A DNA stretch of 64,000 nucleotides from Candidatus Latescibacterota bacterium (GCA_965248265.1 CBDFJF010000001.1:2176001-2240000); one strand, 5' to 3'; positions 1 through 9,796 are shown, counted from the first letter of the stretch. The notes: generated by a model from the letters alone, not told the origin. A program made the numbers and translations.

Positions 1-810
1 CTTCTCTCGTTCACCCATGCTTCCCGAGACATCCATCAAGCAGAACATGACGGCACGCGTCACCGGCACGCTCACGCGCTCGTGCCGGCGATAGCGCAGG
101 TCGACCTCGTCGAGGAATGGGATGGCCTTGATCTGTCGCTCCAACACCCTGATCTCCTCCTCGATCTGGGCAATGCGATCGCTTACCGGGCTGTTGAGTC
201 CGCTCTGCACCAACTCGTCGCGCTCTTCTTCGAGCCTTCTCTTGCGGCGTTGCTTTGGTATGCGGAAGGCAATCCGGCGCGCCCGCGAATGCCGCATCGT
301 GCGCAAGGGATCGAGGTTGCTCGGGGTGCCATCGCTGGCGTAGCCGGCCCGCTGCAGGCGGAACTGGTCTTCGCCCTCGAGCGCGCGCTTGACCATGTCG
401 GGGAGTTCGAGCCCTTCGAAGAAGTAATTGAGGAACTCGGCCTGGGAAACCTCGAAGACGAAGGAATCTTCGCCGTCACCATCAGGAGAGCCCTCGCTGC
501 CGCCGCTACCCTCACCACCGGCCTCACGTTTGATCTTATCGCCGCGTTGAAACTCTTTGTTTCCCGGGATTACGCGTTCGGTTACACCACCGTCCTGGTG
601 GCGGAAGGTCGGCTCGTCAGTACCGCGACTGCTGACTTTCAGCTTTTTCGGCGCATCGGAAGCAATGTCCTTGACATCCGCCTCAACGATCTTTTCACGC
701 ACGGCGGCCCGCACCTCCTGCCGGTGGCGCCGCAGAAAGCGCTGACGGTTTACCAGGCTCTTGTCTTTAGGGTTCTTACGCCGGTCGACGATGTCGAGGA
801 ACACAGCCAT
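1..810 (-). CDS. yeaH: YeaH/YhbH family protein (DUF444), partial; runs off the window edge
   Basis: Manual translation from ATG at 810: MAVFLDIVDRRKNPKDKSLVNRQRFLRRHRQEVR..., the typical DUF444 N-terminus; directly downstream of prkA/yeaG. Absent from the ORF track because it has no stop in the window. Confidence 0.88.
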   Translation of the reverse strand, partial: MAVFLDIVDRRKNPKDKSLVNRQRFLRRHRQEVRAAVREKIVEADVKDIASDAPKKLKVSSRGTDEPTFRHQDGGVTERVIPGNKEFQRGDKIKREAGGEGSGGSEGSPDGDGEDSFVFEVSQAEFLNYFFEGLELPDMVKRALEGEDQFRLQRAGYASDGTPSNLDPLRTMRHSRARRIAFRIPKQRRKRRLEEERDELVQSGLNSPVSDRIAQIEEEIRVLERQIKAIPFLDEVDLRYRRHERVSVPVTRAVMFCLMDVSGSMGEREK

Positions 811-861
811 GTGCACGACCTCTTGTCGGTGGAGCTCACTAAAAGGAGACGGGCGGTAGCT

Positions 862-2835
862 CTACGATGATCGCTGGACCCGCTGGTACCAATCGACGAC
901 GAGTCTCACCTGATTCTCGGTGTACCCGCGGTCCATCATGCGCTGTACAAAGTCCTCGTGTTTCTGCTGCTCTTCGGCAGAGCTCTTCTTCGTGAACGAA
1001 ATAACCGGCAGCAAATCCTCCGTGCTGGCGAACATCTTCTTCTCGATGACTTCACGCAGCTTCTCGTACCCAGTCCACTCCGGGTTGTCGCCGTTGTGTT
1101 CGGCGCGCCAGCGCAGGACGAAATTGACGATCTCGTTCCTGAAGTCCTTCGGATTGGCGATGCCTGCCGGCTTCTCGATTTTTTCCAATTCCTGGTTCAA
1201 CGCCGCGCGGTCGAACATCTCACCCGTATCCTGGTCGCGATAATCCTCATCGCGGGTCCAGAAATCGGCGTACTGCACGTAGCGGTCGAAGATGTTCTGA
1301 CCATAGCCCGAATAGGACTCGACGAAGGCCGTCTGTATCTCCTTGCTGATAAATTCCTTGTAGCGTTCGGCCAGGTACTCATTGATGAAGCCGAGGAATT
1401 CTTCTTCGCGCTCGTGCTGCAGGTGCAGGATCTCCTGGCGCAACACGTACATCAGATGCACTGGGTTTATGGCCACCTCGTTGGTGCTGTAGTTGAAGGT
1501 CTTCGACAGCACCTTGAAGGCGAAACGCGTCGACAGGCCATCCATGCCCTCGTCGACCCCCGCGTCATCCCGGTATTCCTGTATCGCCTTGGCCTTGGGA
1601 TCCACGTCCTTGAGGCTCTCGCCGTCGTACGCCCGCATCTTCGAGTGCAGGTTTGATTTCTCGCCTGGATCACGCAGTCGTGACAGCACGGAGAACTGCG
1701 CCATCATTCGCAGGGTCTGCGGCGCGCAAGGCGCCTCAGAGAGAGAGCTCTCCCGAATCAGCTTGCTATAGATCTCTTCCTCTTCATTCACGCGCAGGCA
1801 ATAGGGCACCTTGACGATGTTCACCCGGTCGATGAACGCCTCGTTGCGCTTGTTGGTACGGAAGTCCTGCCACTCCGACTCATTGGAGTGAGCCAGGATC
1901 AAGCCATTGAACGGAATCGCGCCCAGGCCTTCGGTACCCTTGTAGTTGCTTTCCTGCGTCGCCGTCAGCAGCGGATTCAGCGTCTTGATTGGCGCCTTGA
2001 ACATTTCAACAAACTCCAGAATTCCCTGATTTCCGCGCGCCAGACCACCAGAATAGCTGTAGGCATCCGGGTCATCTTGGGAATATTCTTCCAACTTCCG
2101 GATATCGACCTTACCAACCAGGGAAGAAATGTCCTGGTTGTTTTCATCACCGGGCTCGGTCTTTGAAATGGCGATTTGATTCAGAATCGAGGGGTAGAGT
2201 TTGACCACCTTGAACTGGGTGATGTCACCGCCGTACTCCTTCAAACGCTTCGCTGCCCAGGGAGACATGACCCGGGGAATGAAGCGGGACGGAATATCGT
2301 ACTTGTCCTCGAGTGCCTTGCGCTGGAACTGGTCCGCGAACAAGCCGAGCGGAGACTCGTTGATGGGGGAGTCCAGAATGGCGTAGAAAGGCTCCTGCTC
2401 CATCAACTCCTTTATGCGCTCTGCCAGAGAGGATTTGCCACCTCCCACCGGTCCGAGCAGGTACAGCACCTGCTTGAGTTCCTCGAGGCCCTGGGCCCCG
2501 TGACGCAGGAAGGAAACGATGTGATCGATCGTGTCCTCCATGCCGTAGAACTCGGCGAACGACGGATAGGTACGGATCACCCTGTTCGAGAAGATGCGGC
2601 TGAGGCGCTCGTCACCACTGGTGTCCAGGAGCACAGGGTCGCCGATGGCCTTGAGTAGCCTCTCGTGCGAAGAGGCGTACATGGTCGCATCGGCTTTGCA
2701 ATGCCCCAGGTACTCCAGCAGGTCCATCGACTCCTGCTGATGCTGGTCGAATAAGTCCTTGTACCAGTCGAGTTGATCAGATCGGTCACGAGAATGGTCT
2801 TGACCATTCTCCCTGGCCGTGGTGACGGTGGACAT
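862..2835 (-). CDS. prkA: PrkA/YeaG family AAA+ serine protein kinase
   Basis: Walker A GPVGGGKS, EPGDENNQDISSLVGKVDIRKL, GILEFVEMFKAPIK, AHSNESEW; start moved to ATG 2835 after a GGAGG RBS. Confidence 0.95.
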   Translation of the reverse strand: MSTVTTARENGQDHSRDRSDQLDWYKDLFDQHQQESMDLLEYLGHCKADATMYASSHERLLKAIGDPVLLDTSGDERLSRIFSNRVIRTYPSFAEFYGMEDTIDHIVSFLRHGAQGLEELKQVLYLLGPVGGGKSSLAERIKELMEQEPFYAILDSPINESPLGLFADQFQRKALEDKYDIPSRFIPRVMSPWAAKRLKEYGGDITQFKVVKLYPSILNQIAISKTEPGDENNQDISSLVGKVDIRKLEEYSQDDPDAYSYSGGLARGNQGILEFVEMFKAPIKTLNPLLTATQESNYKGTEGLGAIPFNGLILAHSNESEWQDFRTNKRNEAFIDRVNIVKVPYCLRVNEEEEIYSKLIRESSLSEAPCAPQTLRMMAQFSVLSRLRDPGEKSNLHSKMRAYDGESLKDVDPKAKAIQEYRDDAGVDEGMDGLSTRFAFKVLSKTFNYSTNEVAINPVHLMYVLRQEILHLQHEREEEFLGFINEYLAERYKEFISKEIQTAFVESYSGYGQNIFDRYVQYADFWTRDEDYRDQDTGEMFDRAALNQELEKIEKPAGIANPKDFRNEIVNFVLRWRAEHNGDNPEWTGYEKLREVIEKKMFASTEDLLPVISFTKKSSAEEQQKHEDFVQRMMDRGYTENQVRLVVDWYQRVQRSS

Positions 2836-2899
2836 GACTGAACCTCCTGCTCTGAGCGCGATCAACTGCTTCAATGCAAGCTTCGTTTGCCAAGAACCT

Positions 2900-2916
2900 T
2901 GCAAGATCGGTGCCGA
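2900..2916 (-). promoter_or_regulatory. Candidate sigma54 (-24/-12) promoter for prkA-yeaH
   Basis: Minus strand TCGGCAC-CGATC-TTGCA, one mismatch to TGGCAC-N5-TTGCA, ~65 nt upstream of the start; yeaGH is sigma54-linked in E. coli. Confidence 0.6.
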
Positions 2917-3032
2917 AGCAAGTAATGTTGTTGATATAGAGGCGTGCAGGAAGGTTAGTGGGGCAAATGCCCATTATCAGATCAACTACAGAGGCACTCG
3001 CGGGATTTCACAGGAGGATTGCCGGGTAATCT

Positions 3033-4067
3033 TCAGATCTCGAGGACGATTTTACCGAATTGATCTCCTCGCTCCATGAGGTCGTACGCCTCGCGCCCTT
3101 CACTCAAGGGCATCTGGCGGTCGATGACCGGACTGAGCTTGCCGGCCCAGACCAACCGCATCACGCGGTCGAACTCCATCGGGGTCCCCAGAGTCGAACC
3201 GATGATGCGAAGTTGCTTGAAGAAGATGAAGCGGATGTCGATCTCTGCTTTGGGGCCGGTGGTATTACCCACGGTCACCAGCCTGCCGCCGCGCTTGAGT
3301 GCCCCCAGGCTCTTTTGAAAGGTCGCCTGCCCCACATTGTCGACGACGATATCGACCCCCGACTTGTCCGTGAGCTTGTACACACTCTTGGGCCACTCTT
3401 CGTCACGATAGTCGAACACTTCATCGGCTCCCAGTTCGCGTGCCTGCTCCATCTTTTTCTCCGAACCACATAGAACGATTGCGTCGGCGCCGCACAACTT
3501 GACGATTTGCACCGCCGCCGTGTTGACGCCGCCACCGGAACCGACAATAAGGACGGTCTCGCCGGGACGTATTTCTGCCTGGGTTACCAGCATGCGCCAT
3601 GCGGTCAGGTAAGTAAGCTGCGCCGCTACGGTCTTCGTGTATTCAGCCTCGGCAGGCATCGGCACCAACGCCTGTGCGGGAACCGACACATACTCGGCAA
3701 AGGTGCCCGAGCGGTGCTCTCCCAGAATGCAGAACCGCGGGCTCAACGGATGCTGTCCCCGGCGCGTAAACTCGTCCACAGCCGTGGCGAAACCTGGACA
3801 GATGGCAACCCGTGTCCCCACGGTAATGCCGTCCACGTCAACACCTTCACCCAACTCGATCACCTCTCCGACGCCATCAGCACCGCCCACATGCGGCATC
3901 TCCAACTTCAGACCCGGCCAACCGCGCCGTATCCACAGATCCAGATGGTTGAGGGAGGCGGCGCGCAGGCGCACGACAACCTCCCCCGGACCTGGTGAGG
4001 GATCTGGCACCTGATCGTACTGCAGTACGTCAACATTGCCGTGCTCGTTGAATAGGAGAGCCTTCAT
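3033..4067 (-). CDS. MDR-family zinc-binding alcohol dehydrogenase / quinone oxidoreductase-like protein
   Basis: MKALLF start, SLNHLD, GTFAEY, LTAWRML, IVGSGGGV, GKIVL C-terminus; overlaps the upstream stop (ATGA). Confidence 0.88.
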   Translation of the reverse strand: MKALLFNEHGNVDVLQYDQVPDPSPGPGEVVVRLRAASLNHLDLWIRRGWPGLKLEMPHVGGADGVGEVIELGEGVDVDGITVGTRVAICPGFATAVDEFTRRGQHPLSPRFCILGEHRSGTFAEYVSVPAQALVPMPAEAEYTKTVAAQLTYLTAWRMLVTQAEIRPGETVLIVGSGGGVNTAAVQIVKLCGADAIVLCGSEKKMEQARELGADEVFDYRDEEWPKSVYKLTDKSGVDIVVDNVGQATFQKSLGALKRGGRLVTVGNTTGPKAEIDIRFIFFKQLRIIGSTLGTPMEFDRVMRLVWAGKLSPVIDRQMPLSEGREAYDLMERGDQFGKIVLEI

Positions 4068-5329
4068 ATAGATGATACCTCCATGCCAAGAGGGCCGTAG
4101 AGATGGTGAAAACCGGTGGTGACGACGACATCGACGTCCTCGCCACAGGTGGCGATTCCGTCGTTCAGGAGATCTGTCGCGATCCGCTTTGACACTCGAA
4201 AATAGTTTATCGCCATGTTCGTGCCGGCACCCGGATTGGCCATCAGCCACTCGAAATGGCTGCGCACCTGCTTGTCGACGTCCGGTTGCCCCCGCAGCTC
4301 CTTCCAGCTGCGACTTGGCTTTGCCAAGTCGCCCAGCTCTTCGTCCATCTCCGCAGCAATCGTCGCAAGCGGCTTGTATGTTCCACCCTCGATATCGTAG
4401 ACGTCAGTAATGCGGTAGCCATCGTAGCGGAAGAAGCCATCCTTCTGCGAGCCATCCCCATGCTGCCCCCCTTTGGCACCGGCGCTAAGCATGCGTTCCA
4501 CGGTGGCGGAAACGAAGCTCTCTTTGGTGATGTAGCGCTCCATGACCTCCATGATCGCCGCACAGATATCGACGCCGGCATAGTCCATCACCTGGAAGAT
4601 CCCCATCGGTCGCAACAGGCCAACTCGGCTGACCTTGTCAACCGCATAGACGACCTTTGAAAAGCCATCGCGTGCCTGTAGGTGTTCAATCTGATGAAGT
4701 CCGTAGAGACACTCTCTGATGAAGTGTCCGTTGCCAATGAAACCGGCCACATCGCGCGATGTGACGACGGTCTTGCCCAGGTCGACGGCGAGTTGGCGGG
4801 CAGCAGCCCCGAGCGCGGGCGCTGTGGATGCCGCCGGAATCACCTCCAGCAGCTTCTGCACTGGGGGTGGATTGTAGAAATGAAAACCGACAACCCTGCC
4901 TTCGAGGCGCGCCTGCCGGTCCAGCTCCGCGATTGGAATCGAGGATGTGTTTGAAAGAAACCATGTATCCGGTGAGCACGAATCCTGAAGTTGGCACAAA
5001 GCCTCTACCTTGAGCGCTTCGATTTCGGGCAAAGCCTCGAACACAAGGTGGGCCTCCGCTGCCCGCTGCGGATCCGTCGTCATTTGCACAATCGACGACA
5101 GATTGACCGGCTGGCCACTGCGTGCTGCCCTCTTGGCAACCTGAGTTTCCAGGTACTGCTCCAGGCCGCCAAGCGCCTGTTCCTGGGTGTCGATGAGGGT
5201 CAGGCGGGGCGGGGTTGCATGCCCCCCTCTACCGGCCATGTGTTCGGCCAGGAGCAATGCTATGCCGCGCCCCATCTTGCCGGCCGCGCCGATGACGGCG
5301 ACGTCACGCAGGCGATTCTCAAGTTCCAT
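4064..5329 (-). CDS. 3-hydroxyacyl-CoA dehydrogenase family protein
   Basis: GAAGKMGRGIA Rossmann motif, FEALPE, SNTSSIPI, GFHFYNPP, DVAGFIGN. Confidence 0.85.
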   Translation of the reverse strand: MELENRLRDVAVIGAAGKMGRGIALLLAEHMAGRGGHATPPRLTLIDTQEQALGGLEQYLETQVAKRAARSGQPVNLSSIVQMTTDPQRAAEAHLVFEALPEIEALKVEALCQLQDSCSPDTWFLSNTSSIPIAELDRQARLEGRVVGFHFYNPPPVQKLLEVIPAASTAPALGAAARQLAVDLGKTVVTSRDVAGFIGNGHFIRECLYGLHQIEHLQARDGFSKVVYAVDKVSRVGLLRPMGIFQVMDYAGVDICAAIMEVMERYITKESFVSATVERMLSAGAKGGQHGDGSQKDGFFRYDGYRITDVYDIEGGTYKPLATIAAEMDEELGDLAKPSRSWKELRGQPDVDKQVRSHFEWLMANPGAGTNMAINYFRVSKRIATDLLNDGIATCGEDVDVVVTTGFHHLYGPLGMEVSSI

Positions 5330-5433
5330 GCGTGCGGAAGGTAGGGTGAGCTGCGGAACCAGTCGAGGAAGACCCTCCAAGGGACAAAGCCCTCGGAGGG
5401 TCTTTTAAGCGTGGTGGTGAATCTCGAGGCTAA

Positions 5434-5895
5434 TCAGGAGTAGATCTTGGCGACTGTCGGTCTCACCAGTCTCTCGTAATCCTGATAGGCGATGCGGATC
5501 AATTCGCTGTGATTGCCGGCGTTGAAAGCGATCTCGGCGTCGTCGGCAAGCGGATCCGCCACGTAGACGGGCATGTCGTAGAGATTGCCGAAGGGAGGCA
5601 TGGCCCCGACTTCACACTCGGGAAACAGTTCGGCAAACTCGTTCTCCGACGCCAGTTCGACGTCGTCGGCACCAGCCGCTTCGCGAAGACAATCGAAATC
5701 CACTTTCAACGAGGCAGGCAGGACCGCCATCGCCATCTTACCGTCGATCTTCACCATCACCGTCTTGGCCATCTCTCTCCCGGGTATATGGGCGGAGGCG
5801 GCGATCTCCTGCGCCGTGTACGCGGGCGAGTGGCTGATCGTGATGTACTTCACATAGTGACTGTCGAGGAACTCCCTGGTCTTGTTTCCCGGCAT
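5434..5895 (-). CDS. YbaK/EbsC family aminoacyl-tRNA deacylase-like protein
   Basis: HSPAYTAQEIA, MAKTVMV, CEVGAMPPFGNLY, FNAGNH; GGAGG RBS before ATG 5895. Confidence 0.9.
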   Translation of the reverse strand: MPGNKTREFLDSHYVKYITISHSPAYTAQEIAASAHIPGREMAKTVMVKIDGKMAMAVLPASLKVDFDCLREAAGADDVELASENEFAELFPECEVGAMPPFGNLYDMPVYVADPLADDAEIAFNAGNHSELIRIAYQDYERLVRPTVAKIYS

Positions 5896-5977
5896 GGTGA
5901 ACCTCCCTCCACGAAAATCGCTGTCCCCCCAAACCTGTTCGCCCTTCGAACGTCTGTACGCACCCGATGCCGAATTG

Positions 5978-6670
5978 CTACGGGGCCGGTGGCGCGTTAA
6001 CTCCTTCTTGCAGCCGAACGGCGTCCGTGATGAGATCGACGGCGCCATCTATCCCGAGTCTCCCCGTGTTCAGGAGAAGGTGATAGAGCCCTGGATCAAC
6101 CCAGTCGATGCCGTGATGGCGTTTCAGATAGCGTTGCCTTTGCGTATCGATCGCGCGCAGCTGCTTACAAGCCTCTGCCCTGTTGAAGCCATCCCGCTCC
6201 ATCGCAGTAGTGATGCGAAATTCGCGTGGAGCGCTGATGCTCACATGTAGCGCGTTGGCCCCTGCCAGCACCGCCTGCCCACCCCGCCCGACGAACACTG
6301 CGTTCCCCTGATTCGCCATCTGCTCCATGACCTCGCGTATCATATCGACGCAACGGTCTTCATCCAGTGGCGGCGGTCCGTCCTCTTCAAGCATTTCTGG
6401 ATAAACTGGATATACGTGCCAACCCTCGTGCCAGCCGGCAAAAAGGGCCTCGCCACTCTCCGGCAGCAGGGCTTTTTTTAGAATGCGCTTTACCGACCCT
6501 TCCGGGTGTTCGTCCAAATCCTCCACCGTTGCCACCGGTACCTTGGCTTTGCGCGCGACGGCGACGATCAACGCGTGATCGACGAAGGCATACCCCAGTT
6601 TCCTGGCCACCTTGTAGCCAACGGTGCGACCGCCACTGCCGTACTCGCGTGAGATCGTTATCGCGTGCAT
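5978..6670 (-). CDS. Cytidylate kinase-like family protein
   Basis: ITISREYGSGG P-loop, VFVGRGG, YHLLLNTGRLG. Confidence 0.88.
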   Translation of the reverse strand: MHAITISREYGSGGRTVGYKVARKLGYAFVDHALIVAVARKAKVPVATVEDLDEHPEGSVKRILKKALLPESGEALFAGWHEGWHVYPVYPEMLEEDGPPPLDEDRCVDMIREVMEQMANQGNAVFVGRGGQAVLAGANALHVSISAPREFRITTAMERDGFNRAEACKQLRAIDTQRQRYLKRHHGIDWVDPGLYHLLLNTGRLGIDGAVDLITDAVRLQEGVNAPPAP

Positions 6671-6692
6671 GTCCGCCTCCTCTCTCCAGACT

Positions 6693-7118
6693 TTATGGCA
6701 CCCGGGCGAATTCCACCCCCGGATCCTCGGACGGCGCTGGACTTACAAAGGGGTCTCCAGCCAGCGCGTGTTCGATGGCGGGGTGCAGCGCTGTGAATGC
6801 ACTCCGCTTTATCACGAATCCGGACGCACCTGCTGACCGCATGGCCTCCACGAACACCTGGTCTCGATGGATGGACAGGCCGACCACCTTCGCTGCAGTC
6901 GTGCTCCGGATTCTACGCGTCGCCTCGATGCCGTTGACCCTAGGCAGGCCGACGTCCATGATGACGACATCTGGTTTGAGTTGCTCTGTGAGTCGAACGG
7001 CTGACTCCCCATCTTCGACCTCGGCGACGATGGCGATGTCGGGATCGCGCTCCAGTACTACCCGCAATCCATCTCGCACCATCGGGTGATCGTCCGCCAG
7101 AATGACCTCGATAGTCAC
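6693..7118 (-). CDS. Stand-alone NarL-type receiver domain protein (no HTH)
   Basis: VILADDHPMVRDGL, DVVIMDVGLP, GASGFVIK; ends before any LuxR HTH. Confidence 0.82.
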   Translation of the reverse strand: MTIEVILADDHPMVRDGLRVVLERDPDIAIVAEVEDGESAVRLTEQLKPDVVIMDVGLPRVNGIEATRRIRSTTAAKVVGLSIHRDQVFVEAMRSAGASGFVIKRSAFTALHPAIEHALAGDPFVSPAPSEDPGVEFARVP

Positions 7119-7119
7119 C

Positions 7120-7344
7120 TTACCCTCTCTCGTTTTCGCTGAGGACCTCCTGCAGATTCCACAGCCGCTCTGACTTCGAGACCAATTCTGAAATCAGCTG
7201 CGGATGAGCACGCACCGTGTGAGCATCAATACGCTTGTACGCGGGTTGCTCGATCCCGGCTCGGTCCCTGGTGACCACGGCTGGGTCCTCGATTACGTAG
7301 ACATCATCAGGGCGACCGGCGCCTTCATACATGTAAAGGGGCAT
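7120..7344 (-). CDS. Small hypothetical protein (74 aa)
   Basis: GAGGT RBS before ATG; stop abuts the receiver gene start; first gene of an apparent operon. Confidence 0.6.
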   Translation of the reverse strand: MPLYMYEGAGRPDDVYVIEDPAVVTRDRAGIEQPAYKRIDAHTVRAHPQLISELVSKSERLWNLQEVLSENERG

Positions 7345-7467
7345 TCAGACCTCACTATCTAATAAGTAAATCATTAATAAACAGGCGCTTACGACCCGTA
7401 TGCACCGTACAGACGTCCCTGCATAGTCCGTCTTGGATGAAAAATAGGGTTGTGGAAGAACCTCCCC

Positions 7468-7487
7468 AATACGCTAACGACCTGATT
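7468..7487. promoter_or_regulatory. Candidate operator (copy 1), AATACGCTAACGACCTGATT
   Basis: 17/20 identical to the motif at 9746-9765; intergenic, upstream of the 7344-5434 gene run. Confidence 0.5.
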
Positions 7488-7554
7488 TTGGGGTTCGGCC
7501 GGGAGGATTATTGGCTGAATCAGCGTGGCAGAGCAGGCTGTGCTCTGATTGGTT

Positions 7555-8214
7555 TCAGGATTCCAGGAAGGTGAGCCCTTCACGGATGGCGAACTTGGTC
7601 AACTCCGCCACATTGTGGATGTCTAGTTTCTCCATTATGTGCTGGCGATGCGTACCGATCGTCTTCTCGCTGACGTTGAGCGCCGCGGCAATGTCCGGTG
7701 TGGTTTTGCCTTCGACGATCAGCTGAAGCACCTCGCGCTCTCGGGCAGTCAGGGTGGCATTGCCGGCAGTGCTGGGGCTGGTGCCCAGATGCTGCACATA
7801 GTCCTCGATCACGGCGCCGGCCACTTTCGGACTCAGATAGATCTGGTTGTCCGCCACCTGACGGATGGCCTCGATCAGCTCTCGAGCAGCCCCCTTCTTC
7901 AATAGGTATCCGGACGCCCCGGCCTGAAACATCCCGGACACGAAGCGTTTGTCGGCGTGCATGGACAGGGCCACGACCTTGACGCCCTCACACCTGCGAA
8001 CGATCTGCCGGGCCGCATCGATGCCGTTGAGATCGGGCATGGCGATGTCCATGACGACGATGTCCGGTTGGGTTTTCGCCACCAGGTCAACGGCCTCCCG
8101 GCCGTTTCCGGCCTCACCCACCACCTTCAGGTCGGTCTGCTGCTCCAGCATGGCGCGCAGTCCCTCCCTGAACATTTCGTGGTCGTCGACGAGTACGACG
8201 CGCATGGACTTCAC
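7555..8214 (-). CDS. NarL/FixJ family response regulator (REC + LuxR HTH)
   Basis: VVLVDDHEMFREGL, DIVVMDIAMP, LTAREREVLQLIVEG...IAAALNVSEKTIGTHRQHIMEKL. Confidence 0.95.
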   Translation of the reverse strand: MKSMRVVLVDDHEMFREGLRAMLEQQTDLKVVGEAGNGREAVDLVAKTQPDIVVMDIAMPDLNGIDAARQIVRRCEGVKVVALSMHADKRFVSGMFQAGASGYLLKKGAARELIEAIRQVADNQIYLSPKVAGAVIEDYVQHLGTSPSTAGNATLTAREREVLQLIVEGKTTPDIAAALNVSEKTIGTHRQHIMEKLDIHNVAELTKFAIREGLTFLES

Positions 8215-8223
8215 TTCACCCCC

Positions 8224-9312
8224 TCACGCTCCTGGAGACGCGGAGGCTGAGTCTCCGGGGACCATCATGATGCAGCGAGTGCCGTCGCCGAGACGCGATT
8301 CGACGCGCAGCCCACCGCCGACAAAGCGCAGCCGCTCCCGTATGCTGAAGAGCCCAAACCCGGCGTGACCTCTTGGAGTTGCCAATTCTGATACGTCGAA
8401 ACCACAGCCATCGTCTTCCACCGTGATGCGAAGGCTATCTCCATCGACGTCGAGGCCGACGGTTGCGGTGTTGGCCTGGGCGTGCTTGGCCACGTTGAGC
8501 AACAACTCACGAACGCAACGGAACAACAGAGCTCGCCTGTCCTCCTGTAGCGGCTCTGCCTGTTCATCTTCCTCGACCCGCACTTCAAGGTCGTACTGAT
8601 GGTTCAGCTGTTCGGCGAACCATTCGATCGCCTGACGGATACCCAGGGCATACAACACGGGTGGGCTCAGGTCGAAGGTCAACGAACGCACGTCCACATC
8701 CATCTGATCGAGTGCCGCCAGCAACTGATCCATAAGTTCGGCACGCTCCTGATCGGATGTCGATACCCGCAGGGTTTCAAGCTTCAGATTGGCCAACGCA
8801 AGTGTCTGTCCAACCTGATCGTGGAGTCCTTCGGCAATTCGGCGCCGCTCGCGCTCTTCGGTCTCTCCCATTTGGGCAGCCAGGGAGCGCAGCTCCTCTT
8901 GGTAACTCAGCAGTTTGTTTTCCAGGGATTTGCGGTCTGTGACATCCCGTACGATTCCCTGGTAACCGAGGACGTTGCCATCGGCGTCTTTGCGGACAGA
9001 CGTCGTCAGCAGGCAGTCGAGTTCATCGCCATCCTTGGTGCGCAGTTTGACCTCATAGTCACGGACGAAGCCGTGTGTCTCGATCTCTTCCTTGAAACGC
9101 GCCCGGTCTGTCGGGTGAGCGTAGAGGCTGCGGACATCGATGCCGACAATTTCACCTCGTGAGTAACCGAACAGCCCGCATGCCGCCTGGTTGGCCTCGA
9201 TGATCCCGCCGTCCCGCTCGCTGATCAGGATGGCGTCACGGGAGTCCTCGAACAGCGATCGGTACCACTGCTCGCTCTGGAAAGCCGTCTCTGAGATTGT
9301 CTGATCAGTCAT
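8224..9312 (-). CDS. Cytoplasmic PAS-domain sensor histidine kinase (HisKA_3)
   Basis: PAS/PAC (YRSLFEDSRDAI...YQGIVRDVTDRK), ERRRIAEGLHDQVGQ H-box, NVAKHA, DDGCGF, GFGLFSIRER. Confidence 0.93.
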   Translation of the reverse strand: MTDQTISETAFQSEQWYRSLFEDSRDAILISERDGGIIEANQAACGLFGYSRGEIVGIDVRSLYAHPTDRARFKEEIETHGFVRDYEVKLRTKDGDELDCLLTTSVRKDADGNVLGYQGIVRDVTDRKSLENKLLSYQEELRSLAAQMGETEERERRRIAEGLHDQVGQTLALANLKLETLRVSTSDQERAELMDQLLAALDQMDVDVRSLTFDLSPPVLYALGIRQAIEWFAEQLNHQYDLEVRVEEDEQAEPLQEDRRALLFRCVRELLLNVAKHAQANTATVGLDVDGDSLRITVEDDGCGFDVSELATPRGHAGFGLFSIRERLRFVGGGLRVESRLGDGTRCIMMVPGDSASASPGA

Positions 9313-9375
9313 ACGAGCTATCGTAGTGATCGACCGTCACCAGATCAAGCAGCGTCAGCAGCCATCCTCTTTGGC

Positions 9376-9408
9376 AAAAAAAAAGAGGCCGAGATAAGTC
9401 TCGGCCTC
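9376..9408 (-). terminator. Rho-independent terminator
   Basis: Minus strand GAGGCCGAGA-CTTA-TCTCGGCCTC followed by nine T. Confidence 0.85.
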
Positions 9409-9640
9409 AACATTCCTGCTATGGGATCCGTCTCGCTCTGAGCGGAACGGCGGCAGCGTGGCCTCCCCTTCAATCAACCACCACTCGAGAAGCACAGCGC
9501 GACCGCCCAATACAGTCCGGCGGCATAGGCTACCCTCCTAACTGAATGAACGGTCCAGCATCCCCTTCGCTCGCAGCACCTCAGTCGACTCCTGCGGCCC
9601 TCTTCTGGGACGTTGATCCCGACTCAGAATCAAAACCTGA
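9376..9640 (-). ncRNA. Possible small RNA or leader transcript (GGA-rich, contains an 18-codon ORF); 5' end unknown
   Basis: Gene-free ~490 nt gap with operators upstream and a strong terminator downstream; nine GGA triplets on the minus strand between about 9414 and 9619. Confidence 0.3.
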
Positions 9641-9745
9641 GCACTTGGGGCGCCTCGGGCCAACTGCGACGTGCTGCCCGAACCATTGCTGCACAAACCC
9701 TCTTCATGTTGCGTTTGAAATTTAATGCCGTGCTCCACCTGAAGT

Positions 9746-9796
9746 AATAGGGTAATGACCTGATTCGAGTGGTCTGAAATCAGTATTTACCTGATT
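9746..9796. promoter_or_regulatory. Candidate operators (copies 2 and 3)
   Basis: AATAGGGTAATGACCTGATT (9746-9765) and palindromic AATCAG-TATTTAC-CTGATT (9778-9796); their ends are 31 nt apart. Confidence 0.55.

Noticed and set aside
82-870. 262-aa plus-strand ORF
   Set aside because: Antisense shadow of the yeaH gene on the minus strand.
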